NCBI GenBank assembly: GCA_902613705.1
Contig: CACMIG010000001.1
Location: 115,667 to 179,666, forward strand
Reading direction: 5' to 3'
Length of the DNA stretch: 64,000 nucleotides
DNA from: an uncultured SAR86 cluster bacterium
Lineage (GTDB): Bacteria > Pseudomonadota > Gammaproteobacteria > Magnimaribacterales > D2472
Part shown: piece by piece, positions 9,746 to 14,597 of the stretch
How positions within the stretch are numbered: the first letter of the stretch is position 1
How the letters are laid out: every line of letters begins with the position of its first letter
Notes under the pieces: generated by a model
Seen by the model: only the letters and a program-made list of their open reading frames with translations
The model's database searches: none
What the model was told of the DNA's origin: nothing
Program-made: the position numbers and the translations under genes

Positions 9746-9813
9746 AAATCACTGTTTAAACTTACTCTACAGTGACTGACTTGAACAAAACAGTGATTTG
9801 ATTTTTTATTCAT
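9746..9813 (-). repeat. array unit R2
   Basis: arm aaatcactgtt 9746-9756; copy 9762-9782 reads AAG TCA GTC ACT GTA GAG TAA (KSVTVE*); arm aacagtgattt 9789-9799 plus conserved gattttttattcat tail. Confidence 0.9.
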
Positions 9814-10012
9814 TGTTTTTTAAAAGTTGATGTCTGTAGAAAAGAATGCCGAACCAAATTGAAAAGATAAAAACTTCTAGGGTTATCATCAAATTATAAT
9901 TTTCAACAAAATTGGGAATAATGATAATTGTCAGCATGCCGAAGAATCCAGTTAATGTTCCACCTACAAAAGAATCGTTTTTCTTAAGATAGTTCTGTAA
10001 CATTTCTTTCAT
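9806..10012 (-). CDS. small membrane protein (array module)
   Basis: 68 aa, two TM helices; bounded by a 12-bp inverted arm pair (9788-9799 and 10016-10027); stop codon lies in the conserved repeat tail. Confidence 0.5.
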   Translation of the reverse strand: MKEMLQNYLKKNDSFVGGTLTGFFGMLTIIIIPNFVENYNLMITLEVFIFSIWFGILFYRHQLLKNNE

Positions 10013-10015
10013 CTT

Positions 10016-10076
10016 AAATCACTGTTTCCTTTATCTCCACCATCACTGATTGGTTTTAAACTTTGATTTAATTCTT
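10016..10076 (-). repeat. array unit R3 (stop codon of the glmS-end copy deleted)
   Basis: arm aaatcactgttt 10016-10027; copy 10035-10049 reads TCA GTG ATG GTG GAG followed by ATAAAGG, the same heptamer that follows the real glmS stop; degenerate arm aaactttgattt 10057-10068. Confidence 0.8.
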
Positions 10077-10519
10077 TATTTTCCAGTTGAAATATTTATT
10101 GGAATTATAGCGATCTTTAATTTCCAATAATCTCCTCTTTTTATTAAAGTTATATTTGTATCGGTAGATATAAGTTCAACATCTTGGTTGTTAAATCTGG
10201 TGAAGTTAGTTTTATATATTGCAAAATCTTCTTGTGAAACTATTGGATCTATTGAATTGATTTTTGAATATGCCCAACCTTCTTTTTTTAAGTTTTCATA
10301 ATTAACAATTTCACTATAACTTTTTGCAACTATTATTTCATCGCCAACAAAATAAGTCATTGGTAAATCCCATAGTTCATTAATTTTATTTATATCCATC
10401 TCATTGAAATGATAGAAAAAATCTTCGATAACTTTCTCTGGGTTGTTGTTTGCGTCTTTTGCAAATAACAAAGAAGAAAATAAAAATGAAGTTAATAAAA
10501 TGTTTCTAATATAAATCAC
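10076..10519 (-). CDS. secreted NTF2-fold-like hypothetical protein (array module)
   Basis: 147 aa with signal peptide; GTG start lies inside an orphan arm; fold call is tentative. Confidence 0.5.
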   Translation of the reverse strand: MIYIRNILLTSFLFSSLLFAKDANNNPEKVIEDFFYHFNEMDINKINELWDLPMTYFVGDEIIVAKSYSEIVNYENLKKEGWAYSKINSIDPIVSQEDFAIYKTNFTRFNNQDVELISTDTNITLIKRGDYWKLKIAIIPINISTGK

Positions 10520-11039
10520 TGTTTTCTTCTATTAATTTATTTTTATATAATCTTGTTCCAACTAAAAGGTCGCTGTTATATTCTCTTACTTTATAGATTA
10601 AATTGTCTTTAAACTTAAAAACCCAAACATATTTATTGTCGTATTCACCATTTATGCCCTCAGCATCTCCTTCTTGAATTAGCGCGACACCTTCAGTATC
10701 TGCAATTATGTCAATGGTCTTTAATACTATTCCATTTGGTAATAGCTCGCCAACAACTGGCCAATAATCTGAAAAGAAATCCTCTTTCCCGTAAGAAATT
10801 CCCCCTTTACCATATGGCCCATTTACATTTTCAGTTATGCCCATATAGATAAAGGTAAATTCTTCGTGCATTGAATTTTTTACATCATCCAAGTTGTTTG
10901 ACAAAAGATTGTCTATCCAATTTTGGGCTAATTCAATATTTTCATTAGTAACTTTGTCGACTTCGATATATTGCACATTTGAATACTCACATGAGAATAA
11001 AAACATCAAACCAAAAACTAACATGTAAATTTTTTTCAT
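10506..11039 (-). CDS. SnoaL/NTF2-like lipoprotein (array module)
   Basis: start moved to MKKIYMLVFGLMFLFSC (lipobox, SD GAGAGAGGA upstream); the ORF-track start is 11063. Confidence 0.55.
   Translation of the reverse strand: MKKIYMLVFGLMFLFSCEYSNVQYIEVDKVTNENIELAQNWIDNLLSNNLDDVKNSMHEEFTFIYMGITENVNGPYGKGGISYGKEDFFSDYWPVVGELLPNGIVLKTIDIIADTEGVALIQEGDAEGINGEYDNKYVWVFKFKDNLIYKVREYNSDLLVGTRLYKNKLIEENSDLY
10513..10523. repeat. orphan arm (aaatcactgtt) at the junction of two array ORFs
   Basis: exact 11-mer identical to the left arms of R2, R3 and R8; no adjacent glmS-end copy. Confidence 0.6.
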
Positions 11040-11130
11040 AATTAAATCCTCTCTCACTTTCATATATCCTAAATAATATTTAATACATAATAAATTATAT
11101 TTAATAAGTACATTTTTTATACTTATTTTT

Positions 11131-11216
11131 AAAACTCACACATAATATGAGGTTATAGCGAAAAACCGAGAAAACTTACTCTACAGTTAATGATTAATTT
11201 TAAACAGTGATTTAAT
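11131..11216 (-). repeat. array unit R5 (left arm displaced by a ~30-bp insertion)
   Basis: degenerate arm aaaactcaca 11131-11140; copy 11176-11193 reads TCA TTA ACT GTA GAG TAA (SLTVE*); arm aacagtgattt 11203-11213. Confidence 0.8.
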
Positions 11217-11243
11217 TCTTTATTTTCCAGTTGAAATATTTAT
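11209..11243 (-). repeat. 35-bp exact duplicate of the 3' end of the 147-aa module (10065-10099)
   Basis: gatttaattctttattttccagttgaaatatttat is identical at both sites and covers the last 8 codons plus stop of ORF 10076..10519. Confidence 0.9.
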
Positions 11244-11264
11244 AGATGAAAGTACGTATATCCT

Positions 11265-11316
11265 TCATTCGACGGTGATTGATTAGATTTGAACAGTGAT
11301 TTGATTTTTTATCCAT
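11265..11316 (-). repeat. array unit R6 (no left arm)
   Basis: copy 11265-11282 reads TCA ATC ACC GTC GAA TGA (SITVE*); arm gaacagtgatttgattttttatccat from 11291. Confidence 0.8.
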
Positions 11317-11503
11317 AATTGTCTGAAAAATATTTTTCTCTATCTTCTTTATTCATGCCAACTGTTTCGTTCATAAAATTGTTTCTATCTTCTCTAGATT
11401 TGAAGACCCATATACAAACAGTGTCCTGTGAGTGATAGATTGCTTTTAGTTCATCATCTATTTCACAGATTTCTTTTGGGATTTCTGTCTTAATACAAAT
11501 CAT
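11309..11503 (-). CDS. hypothetical protein (array module)
   Basis: 64 aa; ATGA overlap with the upstream ORF; stop codon inside the conserved repeat tail. Confidence 0.45.
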   Translation of the reverse strand: MICIKTEIPKEICEIDDELKAIYHSQDTVCIWVFKSREDRNNFMNETVGMNKEDREKYFSDNYG

Positions 11504-11886
11504 GACTCAAATCTTAACTTTCTGTGTATCAATGTAAACAAACCTGCTCCAATTATAGTCCATAGAATATCATTCCAATCGAAGACACCTCTTCCAGGTG
11601 TAAAAATTGTAATGAACTCATTGGCAATTAATCCCGATATGGAGATTCCTACTGACCAATAGAGTCGATTTTTAAATAAAGATGAATTAGGTTTGGATAC
11701 TTCTGGAATTACTACATATAACAGAGCAGGCAATCCAATTCCTGGCAAGAAATTTGGAGCAACCCCAAGAAGATAAATTATTATTTCATTAGCACCATCA
11801 TAATTTGGTCTTATGTAATCCTGGACTATAGAAAAAAGCAAAAAAGAAATAGCAAAAATAATGTAATAAACGAACTTTCTATTCAT
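11500..11886 (-). CDS. membrane protein, possibly VanZ-like (array module)
   Basis: 128 aa, four TM helices; ANEF...PGRGVFDWNDILWTIIGAG loosely resembles VanZ-family motifs. Confidence 0.5.
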   Translation of the reverse strand: MNRKFVYYIIFAISFLLFSIVQDYIRPNYDGANEIIIYLLGVAPNFLPGIGLPALLYVVIPEVSKPNSSLFKNRLYWSVGISISGLIANEFITIFTPGRGVFDWNDILWTIIGAGLFTLIHRKLRFES

Positions 11887-11891
11887 TTAAT

Positions 11892-11933
11892 TTATTCAAC
11901 AGTTACTGATTAAGTTCGAACAGTGATTTACTC
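11892..11933 (-). repeat. array unit R7 (no left arm)
   Basis: copy 11892-11909 reads TCA GTA ACT GTT GAA TAA (SVTVE*, all changes synonymous); arm gaacagtgattta 11918-11930. Confidence 0.85.
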
Positions 11934-12056
11934 TTCCTTGTAATCGTCTGCGAGAATCCCCTTTTCTTTTAAAGTCTTTGTAAGTTTTTCTAGACGCACA
12001 AGTGCAACCACTCCGACCATTCCAAACACAAAACCCATTACTGCCAACCCTTCCAT
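11928..12056 (-). CDS. unlisted 42-aa membrane peptide (array module)
   Basis: hand translation MEGLAVMGFVFGMVGVVALVRLEKLTKTLKEKGILADDYKEE; SD AAAGGGAGAG 4 nt before ATG; bounded by perfect 13-bp inverted arms; below the ORF-track size cutoff. Confidence 0.55.
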   Translation of the reverse strand: MEGLAVMGFVFGMVGVVALVRLEKLTKTLKEKGILADDYKEE

Positions 12057-12070
12057 AATTCTCTCCCTTT

Positions 12071-12104
12071 AAATCACTGTTCCAACTTACTCCACCGTAA
12101 CGAA
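12071..12104 (-). repeat. array unit R8 (arm + glmS-end copy)
   Basis: arm aaatcactgtt 12071-12081; copy 12087-12104 reads TTC GTT ACG GTG GAG TAA (FVTVE*). Confidence 0.85.
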
Positions 12105-12108
12105 GTAT

Positions 12109-12126
12109 ATAAAGGTGTCTACTTTT
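12109..12126. repeat. left 18-bp terminal inverted repeat of the GIY-YIG module
   Basis: ataaaggtgtctactttt is the exact reverse complement of 12747-12764; overlaps the stop codon of the GIY-YIG ORF. Confidence 0.9.
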
Positions 12127-12733
12127 AATTTTCTTCAACTTCCCTTCTTAATTCTGATAGTGTTTTACCATTATGTGTCCAAAATCTAGGACCTTGGATT
12201 TTCCCCCAATTATAACCTTGTTCATTCATTAGAATTAATGCTGCACTTGAAAGAGAATGGTCTTGTCCTCGAAAATTAACTCTAGTTTTTGAGGTTACCT
12301 CACAAGTAATATTTTCATCTCTTGTAAATTTTAATATTGTTCCAGGTTGGATATTTACCATATTAAAATTAAATCGTTCTCTTATTCTTGTCTCATTTTC
12401 AAAGGCAACTCTATCTTCTTCGGTTTCAAAGTTTTCTCCTTGTGGGGTTACATCATTGCCTGGTATCAAATCAAAAAAATGTATTAATTCTTCCTCAAGA
12501 ATCCTAAAGAATTCTCTTCTGTTATTAAGTCTTTTGCTGCCAAATGCAGCATGAAGTTTTGTTTCAACAAAATCCATGTCTTCTACTTCTTTTGCGTAAA
12601 TACATTCAAATGGCAATGGAACTCCTGTGCTATATAAAGATGATAGTCTTTGTTCAAGATTAGTGGTTTTGCCTATTTTTACCAAATCTGGCATTGCGGG
12701 ATTTGTTAAAACATAAATTATCCCTTTTGACAT
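12125..12733 (-). CDS. GIY-YIG nuclease superfamily protein (T5orf172/MUG113-like N-terminus, possibly DUF4357-like C-terminus)
   Basis: GIIYVLTNPAMPDLVKIGKTTNLEQRLSSLYSTGVPLPFE matches my recollection of the T5orf172 pattern; the C-terminal LSSAALILMN...NGKTLSELR call is tentative. Confidence 0.65.
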   Translation of the reverse strand: MSKGIIYVLTNPAMPDLVKIGKTTNLEQRLSSLYSTGVPLPFECIYAKEVEDMDFVETKLHAAFGSKRLNNRREFFRILEEELIHFFDLIPGNDVTPQGENFETEEDRVAFENETRIRERFNFNMVNIQPGTILKFTRDENITCEVTSKTRVNFRGQDHSLSSAALILMNEQGYNWGKIQGPRFWTHNGKTLSELRREVEEN

Positions 12734-12746
12734 AATTTTATCTAAA

Positions 12747-12764
12747 AAAAGTAGACACCTTTAT
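12747..12764. repeat. right 18-bp terminal inverted repeat, abutting the glmS stop codon
   Basis: aaaagtagacacctttat ends 1 nt before the glmS TAG (12765-12767). Confidence 0.9.
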
Positions 12765-14591
12765 CTACTCCACCGTGACTGACTTTGCTAAATTTCTTGG
12801 TTGGTCAATGTCGGTTCCTCTTAACAAAGCTACTTCATAAGAAAGTATTTGAAGAGGTATCGTATAAATGATTGGCGTCAAAAGGAAGTCGCACTTTGGC
12901 ATATTGATGAGTCTTCCAGACTTTAAGTCCATTGAAATTGAAGGATCAGAAAATACATATAGAGTTCCGCCCCTAGCTTTAACTTCTTCTAAGTTTGATA
13001 CTAATTTTTCAGCTATCTCACTTTCTGGAGCTAAAGCAATAACTGGCATTTCTTCATCAATTAATGCGAGAGGACCGTGTTTTAACTCCCCAGCTGGATA
13101 GGCTTCAGCATGAATGTAAGAAATTTCTTTGAGCTTTAGAGCCCCTTCTTTTGCGATTGGATAAAAAATACCTCTGCCTAAAAACAAAGCATTATCTTTA
13201 TTAGCTATTTCAGGTGCGATTTCTAGAATTGTGTCTTTAAGTTTTAATGTTTCTTCGACCGTTTCTGGCAATGATCTTAATGCTGTTATTACTCTTGTTC
13301 TTAGCTTTGGATTTTTTCCCCTGCTTTTTGCAAGAGACAAAGCTAGCAACATTAAGGCTGCAAGTTGTGTTGTGAAGGCTTTTGTAGAGGCAACTCCAAT
13401 TTCAGGACCGGCGTTCGTAAATATTGAATACTCTGATTCTCTTGCAAGAGAACTTGTAGGAACATTACAAACACAAAGGGTGGATAGATAATCCTTTTCT
13501 TGTGCATATCTTAAAGCAGCAAGGGTATCAGCTGTTTCTCCAGATTGAGAAATTGTTACAAGGAGAGAGTCATCGTCCACATGGGGATTTCTATATCTAT
13601 ATTCAGAAGCATAGTCTATTTGTGTAGGAAGTTCTGAAATTGCTGAAAACCAATTAGCTGCAACCCTTCCAGCATGCAAGCTTGTTCCACAGGCCACAAT
13701 TTGGACTCTCTTAACTTTTTCGAAGATTTCAGATGAACCAAGACCAAATATATTTTCTAAAACATCGTCTCCGCCTACTCTCCCATCAATGGTCTTTAGA
13801 ATTGCTTCTGGTTGCTCATAAATTTCTTTCTCCATGAAATGCCGATATTCGCCTTTAGATATAGCTTGACTTGAAATATCTATTTGAGAAATTTCTCTTT
13901 TTACTTTGTTCTTAGACTCATCAAAAATGGTATAAGTCTCAGATGATAATTCTGCTACGTCTCCGTCTTCTAAAAAAATAAACTCATTGGTAAGTTGGCC
14001 AATCGCCAATGGGTCTGATGCAGCCAAAAATTCATCCATTCCAATTCCTATTAAAAGTGGAGATTTGCTTCTAGCAATAATAATATTTTGATCGTCTTCT
14101 TTGTCTATAGCTGCTATTGCATAAGCGCCATCGAGCTTTTCTTTGGTTAAATACATTGAATCTAACATGCTATTTCCTTTATTAAGGAAATATTCAAGAA
14201 GGTGAGCTATTAATTCAGAATCTGTTTGGGATGAAAAAGAATAACCTTCTTTTTTTAAAAAATCTTTAAGATCTAGATAATTCTCAATTATTCCATTGTG
14301 AACGATATAAACTCTTTCATTTGACATATGTGGATGTGCATTTTCTTCTGATGGTTCTCCGTGAGTTGCCCATCTAGTGTGAGCAATGCCAAGCTTACTT
14401 TTTGGCTTTTCAGCAATCATTTTTTCTTCTAGTAGCTGTACTTTTCCTTGAGTTCTAAGATGAGCAATTTGGTCTGTTTGATGAAGAGCAATTCCAGCAG
14501 AATCATAGCCACGGTATTCCATTTTATGTAGTCCTTGAACAAGCAACTTTCCAACGTTTCGATTTGAGGCAGCAGCTATAATTCCACACAT
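12765..14591 (-). CDS. glmS: glutamine--fructose-6-phosphate aminotransferase
   Basis: MCGII N-terminal nucleophile, 608 aa, canonical C-terminus LAKSVTVE. Confidence 0.97.
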   Translation of the reverse strand: MCGIIAAASNRNVGKLLVQGLHKMEYRGYDSAGIALHQTDQIAHLRTQGKVQLLEEKMIAEKPKSKLGIAHTRWATHGEPSEENAHPHMSNERVYIVHNGIIENYLDLKDFLKKEGYSFSSQTDSELIAHLLEYFLNKGNSMLDSMYLTKEKLDGAYAIAAIDKEDDQNIIIARSKSPLLIGIGMDEFLAASDPLAIGQLTNEFIFLEDGDVAELSSETYTIFDESKNKVKREISQIDISSQAISKGEYRHFMEKEIYEQPEAILKTIDGRVGGDDVLENIFGLGSSEIFEKVKRVQIVACGTSLHAGRVAANWFSAISELPTQIDYASEYRYRNPHVDDDSLLVTISQSGETADTLAALRYAQEKDYLSTLCVCNVPTSSLARESEYSIFTNAGPEIGVASTKAFTTQLAALMLLALSLAKSRGKNPKLRTRVITALRSLPETVEETLKLKDTILEIAPEIANKDNALFLGRGIFYPIAKEGALKLKEISYIHAEAYPAGELKHGPLALIDEEMPVIALAPESEIAEKLVSNLEEVKARGGTLYVFSDPSISMDLKSGRLINMPKCDFLLTPIIYTIPLQILSYEVALLRGTDIDQPRNLAKSVTVE

Positions 14592-14597
14592 AATTTT

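Larger units (their letters stand above)
12109..12764 (-). mobile_element. TIR-bounded single-gene GIY-YIG module inserted between glmS and the first fossil glmS end
   Basis: perfect 18-bp TIRs; flanked on one side by the real glmS end and on the other by copy R8. Confidence 0.4.

Noticed and set aside
9499-12104. Could the repeats be a CRISPR array?
   Set aside because: Spacing between units is irregular (about 130 to 1050 bp) and the intervals hold ORFs with ribosome-binding sites. The units differ in length and content, and there are no cas genes and no leader.
9499-12104. Classical integron cassette array (attC sites)
   Set aside because: There is no intI in the window. The arms do not fit the attC core motifs (RYYYAAC / GTTRRRY). 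For example, the sequence after the arm is GTTTAAA, GTTCCAA or GTTTCCT. The conserved centre, a gene-end copy, is the opposite of the variable attC centre. The analogy is kept only at the level of organisation.
11896-12138. 80-aa ORF from the track
   Set aside because: It runs through units R7 and R8 and the left inverted repeat of the GIY-YIG module. It has a Cys/Arg/Gly-rich composition unlike its neighbours. The 42-aa ORF in another frame has an SD and fits the module boundaries.
9499-12767. Tn7 or CRISPR-associated Tn7-like element at attTn7
   Set aside because: The glmS-downstream position is right, but the window holds no tnsA/B/C/D/E or tniQ genes. I saw no arrays of TnsB-type end repeats. 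Tn7 insertion does not duplicate the glmS coding terminus.
12868-13491. Plus-strand ORFs inside glmS, with similar antisense ORFs inside glmU, atpD, atpH, atpB, parB, rsmG, mnmG, mnmE, dnaA, dnaN, recF, gyrB, trkH, trkA, coxB, coxA, the oxidoreductase, pckA and polA
   Set aside because: All are embedded antisense or out of frame in well-supported conserved genes. They have low-complexity compositions typical of shadow ORFs in AT-rich DNA.
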